Shown here: positions 37,181-49,439 of the stretch, piece after piece
How positions within the stretch are numbered: position 1 is the first letter of the stretch
How the letters are laid out: the number at the start of each line of letters is the position of its first letter
Assembly (NCBI GenBank): GCA_003427395.1
Contig: BFEA01000044.1
Span: 289,306 to 353,208, forward strand
From: Chara braunii
Lineage: Eukaryota > Plantae > Charophyceae
Direction: 5' to 3'
Length of the DNA stretch: 63,903 nucleotides
The notes under the pieces: model-generated
The model's input: only the letters and a program-made list of their open reading frames with translations
Told to the model about the DNA's origin: nothing
Databases searched by the model: none
Translations under genes and position numbers: made by a program

Positions 37181-39053
37181 CACCATCCCACTCCTCCTCA
37201 GCGACACTACGGCCATGTCCCCGTCCCTCTACTCAGTCCATGCCGGCACTCTTCTGTTCCAACCGCTCATGGCCGGTTCCACCGCCTACTCCTTCTGCAC
37301 CACTGCAGGCTGTCTACTTCCTCTCACCTTGTGCAACACAGGCGCCTCTGCCTGGGTATGGCGGACTTGCTGCGTGGAGAATCAACAATGCACGGCTGCA
37401 CGAATACAAAAGAATGGAACGTCCGACCTTCTCTCGACCATCGTTCCAAGTATCAGTGCTCCGTCTGCGAACTTCAGAATCGCCCGTTGGGACACGGTCC
37501 CTGGGTTCCATGCATGGACTGAGCAACAGCTACTTTTTTCTTCACTCGTCGGGAAGCCGGGTACCGGTTCCCCTTGTGCGCGGACCATTTTTTGCCACAC
37601 AATTTCGTCCCACAGCTGTCGTTCTTTTCCTCCAGCGGCCGCAGCACTGGAGCAGGGGGACTTCAAATCGGGTTTCCTTTTATGGGAACCCGAAAAACAA
37701 CTTTCCCCAGAAAAAAAAACGAAGAGGGCAGTGAAAGGCGGCCGCGGCAGGGTCCCGTGTCAAGCCCTTCCACCGTCAGCAGTGGCCGACTGCCGGGCCT
37801 TCCATACTTTCCATGCTCCCACGCAGTGGGTTCCACCCCTCAGTCACGATTTTCAAGTTGGCTTCGGCCATGTACTGGTGGTTGAAGAGGGCGTTGGCCC
37901 TGCCTTCTGACTCGTGTTGCACCCAGCTACAGACACATTGTGCTTGGAACTTGCTCGATCCTCACCCAATCATTCCTTTTCCTCCATCTCAGCTTGCTTT
38001 GGTGGATCTTCAGTGGTTTGGGGGGGAAGGGGAATGAGAGCCAGCAAGAATAGATATGAGGGTGGTACTGAGAATACATCAGAGATCTATCTTTGGATGC
38101 TTGAAAGGGAATAGCATAGATGCGGGAATCCATAGGCTTGTACTCCAGTTCTGAGTCCTATCATCCAGGCTAGCAGATCAACCTTTTCAGACGGCCTAAG
38201 GGCTGAGAGGTCTCGGACATAGGATTCAGTTAACTTTGGTCTGGGTCTAGGAATAAAATGATTACTATTCTTTTGGTTCTCTTGCATTTTTTACTTTTCC
38301 GGGGGTTGGCCCCTGCAGGTTCAGTTATGTAAGCAAAACTGGGTAACGCTCCCAGGTGGTTCCTTTTCCGGGTAGACTGTGAGGACCCCGGCCTCTCTTT
38401 TCTCTGATAATATAAGCCTTGGGCACTGGGCCCCTTCAAAAAGAAAAAGAAAAAAGAAAAAAGAAAAAAAACAACAACAACAACAACATGAGAGCAATCA
38501 TGCAGGTGTGAGGAAGCTTGATCTTCTGTTCTCTACAAAAGGGAAAAAGAAAACAGGTGGAAGGAAGCCACCAATTGCAGAGAGGCAGCACTACCTGCTG
38601 CAGCTCTGGAATTTAAAAATAGTTTAACAATCAGCGGGGCATAAAAAAGAGAAATCAGCAAAAGAACTGAAAGCGGACTCCATGTGGGTGGGGGCAGATG
38701 AAAAGGGAGGCACAGTTACTGGCAAATGCTCGGTCCTTGTGTTAGCCGGGCCCCCACTGGCGGCCCCAACCCTGCACCCTAAATGCTACGGCAAAGGGGC
38801 AAACATGCCGTTCTCTCTCTCCACAGAGAGAGGTAACCTCCCTTCACCGAAGAGAGGTAGAAAGCTATGCTTGCAGGGGTCCCCTGTATACCCTTAGGAG
38901 TAGTGGTGGGTAGGTAATGAAAGAAAAATATGTTCTATGACATGGCAGAACGCCAGTTAAAAATATGTGAGGTGAGAGGAAAATATATGCTGTACCCCTA
39001 TGAGGAGAAGGCAGCTTAAAAAAAAAACAAAAAAAGAAAGCGGACTATTCTTG

Positions 39054-39501
39054 TTTTTTTTTTTTATCTACATTCTTCTCTCAATTTCACCTCACACTAC
39101 CTGCCTACCACTACTACTAATTGTCGGCATACGGGAAACCCGTAGCAGCCAGAACCGTGTTCACGAGAGAACAAACGGGGGCTGCTCCGGACCTGCAGGT
39201 GGGCAATACCGGCTAGGGGACAGCCAGTAGCATTAGCGACCATGCCAACAGGACCAATCCCTGTGCCTCAGCCAGTAGCATCAGGGACCATGCCAACAGG
39301 ACCAATCCCTGTGCCTCCCCTCAGGTCCCGTCCCCAATGAACATCAGCAGACTCTGCTCAATGCCGATCCGGGGATCCAGCAGTCTATCTCTAGGTGGGC
39401 GGGCACCAAGCATGCCCAGGAAGGTACATGAGGGCAATGGGGATTGAACCCACGACCTCCTGAATGCCACTTGCGAGCCTTACCAGCTGAGTTAGGCCGC
39501 T
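39054..39501 (-). mobile_element. tRNA(Ala-like)-headed SINE candidate
   Basis: Head 39429-39501 has A box TAACTCAGCTGG, loop TGGCAT and B box GGTTCAATCC but a poor acceptor stem; about 48-bp internal duplication 39221-39317; A-rich tail at 39054-39065. Confidence 0.55.
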
Positions 39502-39688
39502 GGATAAAGCGGACTATTCTATTTGCTCCCTGCCTCCCAAAAAATGATATGGAAAAGCAAGACATGGGGGACATAAGTCACACCAGGACTTGTTCTGCTG
39601 AGGTCTGGGCACAAGCTCACATGCATCCCGGTCTGGGTAAAATTACGGCCAGATACGTCCAGGACTGGTGCGAGTTTGCCCTGAGACC

Positions 39689-39815
39689 TTTTTTTCGCCC
39701 TTTCTATTACCTCATCTTGCTGGTGATAACTGCAAATCCTTTTCTTTCTTTTTTTGGCCCTTTCTATTACCACATCTTGCTGCTGATAACTGCAAATCCT
39801 TTTCCTTCTTTTTTT
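39689..39815. repeat. About 60-bp tandem duplication
   Basis: CCCTTTCTATTACC.CATCTTGCTG.TGATAACTGCAAATCCTTTT x2. Confidence 0.85.
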
Positions 39816-39956
39816 GGGGAAAAAAGAGACACCCCGCGCCCCCCCCCCCACCCCGCACGGAATAGAGGGGCCATTAAATTAGTAAGGAATCACTGATCTG
39901 CTCGTGGTTGTTCTGTTGATCTCCCCAGTCTGGCATATCACACACAAGGGCCGTTT

Positions 39957-40860
39957 GTGATTGTTGCTCAAATGGTAGAGTCTTCAAGTCACATGTCATA
40001 GATCACGGGTTCGAGTCTGGCTGGGGACTTTTGGGGGCTTTCTTGTCCAGCTTGGCCTGTCATCTCTTCAAACGAACACATAGTTCCCTCTACATAGCAT
40101 TGCACATATCTGGCCTTCGGCCACATATGTCTCGCTATACAGTTACACAGAGCACACATAGACTGCACATATCTGGCCTTCGGGAACATACATCTCGCTA
40201 TACAGGTACACACAGCACACAGAGCCTTCGGGCAGATACAAAAACACGTGGCCCTATGGGCTCATACAAAACATACATAGCCTCTGGGCGTACACACATA
40301 CACACGAATTACGATACTGGGCTGGGGGGGTCTATCAGGTATATGACGGGGTCTACTCACGCATGGCTTAGCTCCAGGGTAGGGGTAGGGATATAAGTCG
40401 CTCCGGCTAGTCTGGGCTCCGCCTAGCCTTGGGTAAGCTAGGGGAAGGAAGGTAGGATGTGTCCGTGGGCGCTGGCCTGCCTTGCTTAGGGGTAGACTCT
40501 CTGAATTGGGCCTGTAGAAGATTGCATGAGCCTGGCGTCCGAAGTTCCCGTACGGCAAGGTTCGTCCGCTTCCGCTTCCATCAGGGCTGGGAGGTTGGCC
40601 CAGCCTTGCTGCTTGTCACTGCTGTCTGGTCCAAGTTGCCCTCGATACTGGTACTAGGGTGATGGTCCTGAGTGCTGGTCACACTGAGGTAGGATAGAAG
40701 AGGCAGGGGGTGCGCTGGGAGTATTAACGTGGGGATGGGTAGGGTAGGTGGCCTGTCCTGTCAGGACAACCATTGGCTGCCGCTACTAGCAATCACCGCG
40801 GGTCTGGTTCTTGGCCTCTGCAACACCCTGGGCTTTTGAAAAAAAAAAAAAAAAAAAAAA
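39957..40860 (+). mobile_element. tRNA-headed SINE candidate with poly-A tail
   Basis: A box TTGCTCAAATGGTAGAG, B box GGTTCGAGTC; 3' end shared with 18376-18520; poly-A at 40839-40860; linkage of head and tail is inferred. Confidence 0.55.
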
Positions 40861-40910
40861 AGAGAAGAAAACGAAGAAAAGAGGAAAACAAGGACTTTGT
40901 GCGAGCCTGA

Positions 40911-41682
40911 GGGCATGATCCCACCGAATCTGACGTGTTTGTGGAGACATGCAGATCATTGCAATTGCTCTCCTTTGCTGCAACTTTGCATAAAACGCAT
41001 CCAGATTCCGGCACTTAGGGCCTCGTTAGACACCACTTGAAAATGCGCAAGTTTCAAGGGCGCCCTAAACGAAAAATTGTGATTAATTTACACTAACTGG
41101 ATTTATGGTTCCCCACAGACTTGAGGAAGCCCTTGAACAAGCTGCACTTGAAACCGAAACCCACGGCTTGACCAATCCTGGACCAGGATCGCCTGCTAGA
41201 CGAAAAGAAAAACAAAAAAAAAAGCCCCCACTTTTCACACCCTTGCCAGTGTGCCGCCCTTGAACTCAAGGTAGGTAGCTCCCACGGGCCACAGCTGCCT
41301 TGAGTTCAAGTGTGATTTTGCCCAAGCCGCACTCGAGTTTCAAGGGCCAGCCTTTGAAACAGAAAATGTGAAAACATTAGCGGAGACAAGTTTCGGTGTC
41401 TCCCTTCAGCTCAAGTGGTGTGGAATTGGACTAAGTGCCTCTGGATGCATTTATGTAGAGAATCTAGAGATGCAGAAAGAGCAATTGCAAGGAATGCAAA
41501 TGGTAAATTAAATGGAAGAAACTCTCCGGCAAGACAGAGCAAAGCATGAGAACGGAGACGAGGAAGATACACCGATTATGAAAGCAACTCCGTTATGCAA
41601 TGATCTGCACGTCTGCACAAACACGTTCAGAACTTCAGATTCAGGTTTTCAATCCAATGTCTTTGCTAGTGGGATCTCGCCC
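40911..41682. mobile_element. PIF/Harbinger-like MITE, TSD TGA, long interrupted inverted arms
   Basis: TIR GGGCATGATCCCAC / GTGGGATCTCGCCC; TGA at 40908-40910 and 41683-41685; inner inverted repeat GGCACTTAG..CACCACTTGA / TCAAGTGGTG..CTAAGTGCC. Confidence 0.75.
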
Positions 41683-42754
41683 TGAGATGTGCTGTGTTTG
41701 CTTCTGAATTCATTACCCTAGCCTTCCTTGCTGTTATACCTCCAATACATTTATAGCAACGCCTTAGGCTGGTTTTGGAAATCCAGCAGTCAAAAGGATG
41801 TTATATATTAAGCTGGCACCAATGTTTTAAATTTCCACTTTTCCCAGTCAGTGCCATACACACCCTTCAAGTTTCTTCTTCTTCTTCTTCTTCTTCTTCT
41901 TCTTCTTCTTCTTCTTTCCTTTTTGGGGAAACTGTGGCTGCGACACACTTTTAGTTTGAAATAGGCAAGAAAAGACAAAGTGCTGCCGGTGTCCTGGTGT
42001 GGTGTGAGTTTCGAAATGTGTGAGTTTAGCGGGGGTCTAAAACTGCGCCAGTCATCACCCACACCGCGGCTTGGCAGATTTAAAGGGGTCCCCTTTTTTG
42101 CACCCTAATTTCGGGAACTGCTAAAAAAAGTTGCCTATTCTGAACATTGGGTGTGACTCCCAAGTACTTGCCCCCATTAGGACACTTTACGATCCAACTC
42201 ACTGCTATTGTGGAGATATTCATTCACAAGCATTCTAATTTGAGCATGAGCTGATTTGAATGGGCTTTTTATCAAGTTGTCCCAAGGATCCAGACCTCGC
42301 TCAAGTTTTATTACTGTGTATAGATAGATCTGATTTTTTTCCAGAAAAGGAAAAGGTCCCAAGGACCACTCACCTAGTATGCCTCTCGTGACAGAAGATT
42401 TCAATGGGCTTACTCAATGCAAATGGAAGTGAACTGTAATGTGTTACTTCCCTACATAGGAATGAGAGACAAAAAAAAAAATAATGAAATTTTAACTTCC
42501 AAAGTCTTCAATAGAATAGAACATTTTTTTCAAAAAAAAGAAACAGCATAATTCTATTTGTGGGGAAATTCACTAGTTCGCCTCATGTCAACTTCAATAG
42601 TTCACAAGTTTATTACAGATATTCCTGTTATTCTCAGCCGAAGCCGGGTAATGGCCCCAGTATTCCAAATTGTTCTCTACATTTTCAAATGGATGATGGC
42701 CCCAGTTTCCAGTACGTGACCCTACCCGGTGTCCCACGAATAGATGGCAAGATT

Positions 42755-42787
<33 letters not shown>

Positions 42788-43021
42788 NCCNNCNCACACA
42801 AAAAAAAAGAGGGGAGCATCACATTCAGGGAAGCAGGCCCAACATCCCATTTCAAGAACTTATGACCAGGGGCAATGTCCCCCTTGCATGCATCTATTGA
42901 TACTGAGGGTTGATCTTCTTTATCTGCTGCGAACAGTGTATCTCCGAATCCATTCAGCTGGGACCTTGCCCCAGGGGTAAGGTCCCAGTGGCATGGATTA
43001 AGAGATGTAGAGCATAGCTTG

Positions 43022-43071
<50 letters not shown>

Positions 43072-43641
43072 TGAGAATATCGACAGTCGGTCTCTCCTAG
43101 TACTTTTTTTTTTTTTTTTTTTTTTGGAAAGTTGGTAACTTTGTATTTCAAAGAACTGGATTGAGGCCGGAGACCTCAAATTGAACCCCGTATAGCTCAG
43201 GCCATTACCCAGTTTCGGCTAAAGCTGGAAAGCGGGTCCAGCGTCCCGTCCACTTACAGAAAAGACCTAAGACCTCCGAAAACCCACATGTAGCTCAAGT
43301 AATGTTAACTAAGTCCTCCCGGAATTTCGACAATCTACGCAGAGCAAGCCCTAAGCCGTCCTAAACCGATCCAAACAGCAACCAGATCCTGTCAGTGGAG
43401 TCTAACACAGCCCCCTAAACCCTCACTAGGTCTTTGTAAAAATCCTGTTGTTCTTCGTACAAGTTCATAGAAACCATAATCAGCCTTTGGCCGATCAAAC
43501 CTTAGTCTGCAGCCACTCCGCTTGTACAGTCCTCCCGGTCTCTAATCTTGCCAACGTGGTCCACTTTCTTCCTGATGGTCGTTCTTCATGATGTTCACTC
43601 TGTCCATAGAAGCAGGGTCATGCCATTCTCCCCATCAGGAG

Positions 43642-43721
<80 letters not shown>

Positions 43722-46087
43722 GATCCATGGATTTACATAGGACTTACGCACGCCTTCGTGAGCGCGCATTTTGTTTGGCAGTTGGGGATTTCAAAATTTG
43801 TGGCCGCACTTCCTGATGATGTGTCCTTTCTTGCGAGTGAATGTTCCTAAACTTGCCCTTGAAGGCTCTGTGAATTTTCAATAGGATCTGAATAGGCGTA
43901 GGATTTTTCCTGCGTCCAGTCTCACGCGCGGATATCGTTTTTGAATTTCTCAATCTTGAATTAGTTTTAGAGCTAGAATGGACAGAACATAACTGTTTTG
44001 GTCCCTTTTTGTCTCCGTGTCGGCACCATGTATGCGAACTTCCCCCGCTTCCCACTATCCCCATGCCATCTTCACCTCTTTCTTCTTCGCGCCTTCTTTC
44101 CTCCATCTGTAACTGTTTTCCAGCCCCTCTCCCTTCGCGCTTCTCTCTTGCTCCTTTTCGTCTGAATCTTGGTCCCGCTTCGTGTTACTCTTCTCGGTCT
44201 CCTTCTTCCTGCCTCCATCCCCATACAGGAACTCCCTACGATCCCCACCCTCAGGGTATTCGAGCCGTCAGGCGAGATCGTGTAAGGAGGATACTCCCCT
44301 CACACTGTGATCTGATTGGTTGCGAAGGAACTCGCGGGGATCAATAAGGTTTTCCCCAGGCGATTAAGTTGAGCTCTCTTTGCACCCCCTCCTACCTCTG
44401 CCCCGTTCCCTCCTATCTCTTATCTCCATCTTTGCAAGTATAAGATCAGCAAGCGCATCCGAAAAACTCTCTCTCAACCCATATGCCAACTTCTAGGAAG
44501 TCGTGGCTAGATGATGTGTATGTACAACGAGTCCAAAAGCCATGACGAGCTGACTGTAGTTTTGCAAGGTTGTACGCCGGGTGGCCGCGATGGACTCCGC
44601 TATCTAGGCAAGTCGTTTTAAAAGCTGAGTTGGCGGGGTGACGATCGTTGTCGTGTGGAGGTTGGTATGTGGCGGTCTGGATCACCAGTTCCGGGGTAAG
44701 GAAGGTGTACGTGTATGAGTGGTTGCATGGCATGAGGCCATAGTCAGAGAGTAGAAGGCTTGCGCGTCTTTGATCTTCGGTTCCTCCTCTTATATTGGAA
44801 GCTAAGTCCGCGGTGGATTGCCGATTTTGTTTCTCATATCTATTTGTGTGCTCATAACTCCTCCTTTTTCTTTATTGCCCTTCTTCGGTCAAGCTACAAC
44901 TTCGTCCACCTCCTTCGACCTTACCTCTCTCTCCCTCTCTCTATCTCTCTTGATATTTTCTTCATGAATGTCTAAATGTTCTAATAATTCCCTTGTCCCT
45001 ACCAGCTCCTTAGGTCATGTCCTGCTCATATCGTTGAATTCAATCAGATCTCGTGAGGACGAGTATCGTTGAATTTGAAGAGACCAGCAAGATCAGGTGA
45101 TCTTATCTTGTCCCCCTCTTTGCTCCTTAGCATTTGATGGTTATCGCATAAGTGATATCTTACATATATGTATTGATTGAGTTGTTACCCTAATAACGGG
45201 AATGAATTAGGTGTCTGATATGATCATTTTGATGCATGCTTGACTACTCGCACGAATGAAGGATGGTCGTTCTATCGACTAATTGGATTGCATGGACTTA
45301 TGCCTTGGATCGGTTTGCATGGTGAATGGAAGATAATGCATAGTATAGTGTTTGTTTATTCCTTTGATTGAATAACGGATTGATTAAACATACACAATGA
45401 CCAGCCTTGCTTATGTCATGTGGACCGATACCCAGATCCGATTGAGCGTCGACTTCTCGTATCCTCGCCACACCCGGTCCCGTATAACGAGCAAAAGGGC
45501 ACGTGTATGTGAATGGGACGTACGAGATGTCGTCCCCAAGATCAGCGGGCGCTACTATTTTCCTCCCGAAACAAGGTGCTCACGATTCATAGGCGTTGGT
45601 CTTGTCATTATCGATACGCACTTTCCCCCGCAATCATTGTTATTGTCTTCTAACGAATTGATTGCCATTCCATGGACGGTGGTGGCACCTCATTGGCCCA
45701 ACACTCTGCGTAGCGATTGCCGCCACACCAAACATTATCAGAATAAGGGGTTCCACTACCGGACACGTGGCGAGGACGAATACAAGGAAAGAGGGACCAG
45801 ACTTGGGCCATCCAGGTCGGATTCCGAACTCTGTAACAAACGGGGTTCATACTTTATTCGAAAACGAGATCTCACGTGCGTACCCCCACCCTTCCGTTCG
45901 AAAAGACGTCGAGTATCCCACATGGAAGTTCAGAGATACATTTTGGATTAAATGAACGTTTGAAAGCAGCCCGCGCCATTTCTTTATTGCGCGGTAATAG
46001 ACATTTCTCACTAAACTTGAACCACACAGGGAAATGCAGTTTCTTTTGTGTCCGTGGACTCAATTTTCCCAAAAAACTTTGGCACAT

Positions 46088-46330
46088 CTTTTTTTTTTTT
46101 TTTTTTTTTTTTTGGGTAAACAGGGCCTTATGGTCTTGGCTCCTTCTATTTTGGGGAGCGTCAGTCCGGTTCCTATTCCGCCGGCAAGTCAGAAAATGCA
46201 TTACATTACAACGGAAACTCACGGTTCCTCCCGTTTGGCCGAAGGACCCCTGAACAACATTGATTACTCCACCGTAGGTGGAGGATTGACTGTCAGCTTG
46301 CCATGACTCACTCTTTGCTCTCAGACCTGA
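46088..46330 (-). mobile_element. LINE 3'UTR and poly-A tail (solo)
   Basis: Homologous to 55702-55915; poly-T at 46088-46113 on the + strand. Confidence 0.8.
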
Positions 46331-46599
46331 AAAACCAGCTTTGCCAGATAGTGTTGTGTCTCCTAGAAAAAGCTCGCCCATTATTTCTGCTTGCCTGTGC
46401 TTTCCTCCTCATCAGCCCTGCCCACGAGTCAAGGTGTCCCCTATCTCTTTAAGCCTTCCCCCTTCTTTTGAATGTTGCAAAAGACCTAAACCCTAACCCC
46501 TTAGCTAGCGGAATTCACTGTCCCTTCTGAGCTGGGATTTAGGACTGTGTATCATTGTATCTGTTTCTTTTGAGTGATATGGGAGCCTGTCTTCCTTCT

Positions 46600-46797
46600 A
46601 TCCTGGCTCCTTTCCCTTCTAGGGAGCATTAGTCCGGTTCCTATTCCACCGGCAAATCAGGCTAGGTATTACAATAAGAAAGACTCACGCTTCCTTCCGT
46701 CTGGCCGAAGGACCCCAGAGCGACATTGATTGCTCCACCTTGGTGGAGGATTGACTGCCAGCTTGCCATGCCTCACTCTTTCCTCTCAGACCTGATA
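46600..46797 (-). mobile_element. Second LINE 3'UTR copy, tail lost
   Basis: Homologous to 46135-46330 and 55718-55915. Confidence 0.8.
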
Positions 46798-46961
46798 CAC
46801 AGATCTGCCTGGTAACTCTTTGTCGCCTAGTAAGAACTCTCCCCTTGTCCAAGCGAGTCTTTGTAACCCCCCTTACCCGTTCTGCCCGTGCGCCACGGTA
46901 CTGTCAGACTCCCCTTCCTTCCCCTTTCTTAACGAAATTCCTAACGCCCTAAACCTTGAAC

Positions 46962-47112
46962 CCTCATCCGGAGGTTATTGTCCTAACTTCCGCAACTCTT
47001 GGACTCCCGCTTAGGCTGGGTCTTACAGATTCGTTTTTGTGGCCTTCGTAAGACCCGGCCTAAGTGGGAGTCCAAGAGTTGCGGAAGTTAGGACAATAAC
47101 CTCCGGATGAGG
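46962..47112. repeat. Inverted repeat with 65-bp arms
   Basis: Arms 46962-47026 and 47048-47112, 2 mismatches, 21-nt spacer. Confidence 0.92.
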
Positions 47113-47190
47113 TTATTATGCTTTCAGGGCCTGTTCCGTATATTTTTATCACTTCGACAGGAAGACAACACAGGGTGTGAGGTTGGTATC

Positions 47191-49390
47191 GAAGCCGACA
47201 CGTGTCAGTTTTGGTAATAGTGAGACGAGTTGGTGAGAGGTCGAGTACCCGCCCGAACGGATCCAAGAAGTCCTCCCGTCAGTAGAAACAGTGCAATAGA
47301 GGCAAAAAAAGAGGCAGCCATGGCCAACGCTAATGTGCCTGCCCCTCGAGTTATGGTAAGCATATCAACCACCTTTCCATTTTATCCTAATCACACCTAT
47401 CCCGAGGCATGATGCGAAGCTATGGAAGCTCAGGGCTATGAGGAGGCTGATCTTCCTTGAGTCATTGCCTTGTTTATAAGAAACACCGCTTGTGATAGGT
47501 TTAAACACCATAGATAGGTGCATTAGGCTACATTCAAAGAAGTCTTCTTAGCAAGATTTGATGAGATGACCAAGGACGCTGCCTAGTTTGTACAGAAAAC
47601 GCACCCTCAAGAACCAGAAGAACTGTTGCCATACATGGATAAATTTCAAACAGCTTTGAATAAGTCTAGACGGGAAGAAAACGCTGCTCAAGACTGATTC
47701 ATAAATTATTTTCACAATCCTTTCCTGAAGGCAAAACTAAAAAATAAAGTTCCTCCCAGAACGACTCAACTGCCCGCAGTCATTGGCAACTTGAAGGCAC
47801 TTGAGCTGGACTCGCAAGATACGCGCAAGTACATAGATTAGGGTGAGAAAGATATAGCTGATATAATAAAAGACGTCGTTGCAAAAACCTACAAAAGGGC
47901 GATCTTGGTTTGGATCGATTGGGCGGTTTTATCTCCTCCATGATCCCGAAATCCTAGTCGGACCATCGCCGAGTCATGTCCCTCGTACTCCCCTTCTGTC
48001 GTCTCTCCTCCCTCTGAAGCCGACATGTGTCAGTTTTGGTGATAGTGAGACGAGTTGGCGAGAGGTCGAATACCCGCCCGAACGGATCGAAGAAGTCCTC
48101 CCGTCACTAGAAACATTTCAATGGAGGCAAAAGAAGAGGTGGTCATGGCCAACGCTAATGTGCCTGTCCCTCGAGTTATGGTAAGCATCTCAACCACCTT
48201 TCCATTTTATCCTAATCACACTCATCTCGAGGCATGATGCGAAGCTATGGAGGCTCAGGGCTATGAGGAGGCTGATCTTCCTCGACTCGTCACCTTGCTT
48301 ACAAGAAACACCGCTCGCGGTAGGTTTAAACGAAATAAATGGGTACATTGGGTTATGTTCAAAAAGACCTTTTTAGCAAGATTTAATGAGGTGAGCAAGA
48401 ACGCTGCCTAGTTTGTACTGAAAACGCGCCCTCAAGAACCAGAAGAACTGTTGTCAAACTTTGTGAATAAATTTCAAACAGCTCTGAATAAGTCTGGACA
48501 GGAAGAAAACTTTGCTCAAGGCTGGTTCATAGATCATCTTCGCAATCCTTTCTTGAAGACAAAACTGAAAAATAAAGTTCCTTCCAAAACGACTTAACTG
48601 CCCGCAGTCATTGCCAACTTGAAGGCACTCGAGTTGGATTCGCAAAATACGTGCACGTACAAAGATCAGGGTGAGGAAGACGTGGCTGCAAAAGCCTGCA
48701 AAAATGTGATTTTGGCTTTGATCGATTGGGCGGTTTTATCTCTGTCACGATCCCTAAATCCTAGTCGGACCATTGTTGTGTCATGTCCTTCGTACTCCCA
48801 CTTCTATCATCTCTCCTCCCTCCTCTCCTCCTCCTCTCGTCCTCCTCTCCTCCTCCTCTCGTCCTCCTCTCCTCTTCCTTCCAAGACCGCTTCTATTACC
48901 ATAGTCTTACCTCAGTCATCGACTCAAGTACCCATCACCCACCTTCATCTAGCTCCAATTATTCATACTGCTACTTTCCGACAATCGGAGTGGATAAATC
49001 ATTTAATACAACTCGGACTTCATAGATGGATCGATTAGAGCAAGTCTTGTGGGAACCGATGAGTGTGAGTTCAAAACGTCAAGCACTAATCCTTTTCCTT
49101 CATACCCTTTACTGCCTGCCCCTCCAATGTCGGCGCAAGCTGCTCTCCCTGCTCCCCCTGTACCTCACCAGGTTGTCGTTCTTCCAGGTAGAGTGGAGTG
49201 TTATAACTCCAAGCATCCCGGACACTTCGTCCGAGACTACCTCGTTCCGAAGTAGAATCAATCGGGCTTCTTTAAACTCAATGTATCTATCTTATGTCGC
49301 CAATCATTCCAAAGGTACGTCAAGGACTGTTGGGCTTTTTGGCACACACTGAAACAATATATTCCGTATCAGATTGATTGGTTTGATAAC
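47191..49390 (+). pseudogene. LTR-retrotransposon gag-like relic with an 825-bp tandem duplication
   Basis: Units 47191-48015 and 48016-about 48825; WxxFKxxFLARF-like capsid motif; degenerate knuckle CYNSKHPGHFVRDY at about 49198-49240. Confidence 0.65.
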
Positions 49391-49439
49391 GGTCTCTTTT
49401 ATCTGGGAAGAAATGCCGAGAATATTCAAAATAACTCGC

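Noticed and set aside
39429-39501. Functional tRNA-Ala gene
   Set aside because: The acceptor and anticodon stems do not pair properly; treated as a SINE head.
46484-46500. Interstitial telomere (CCTAAACCCTAACCC)
   Set aside because: Only about 2 imperfect units; not significant.
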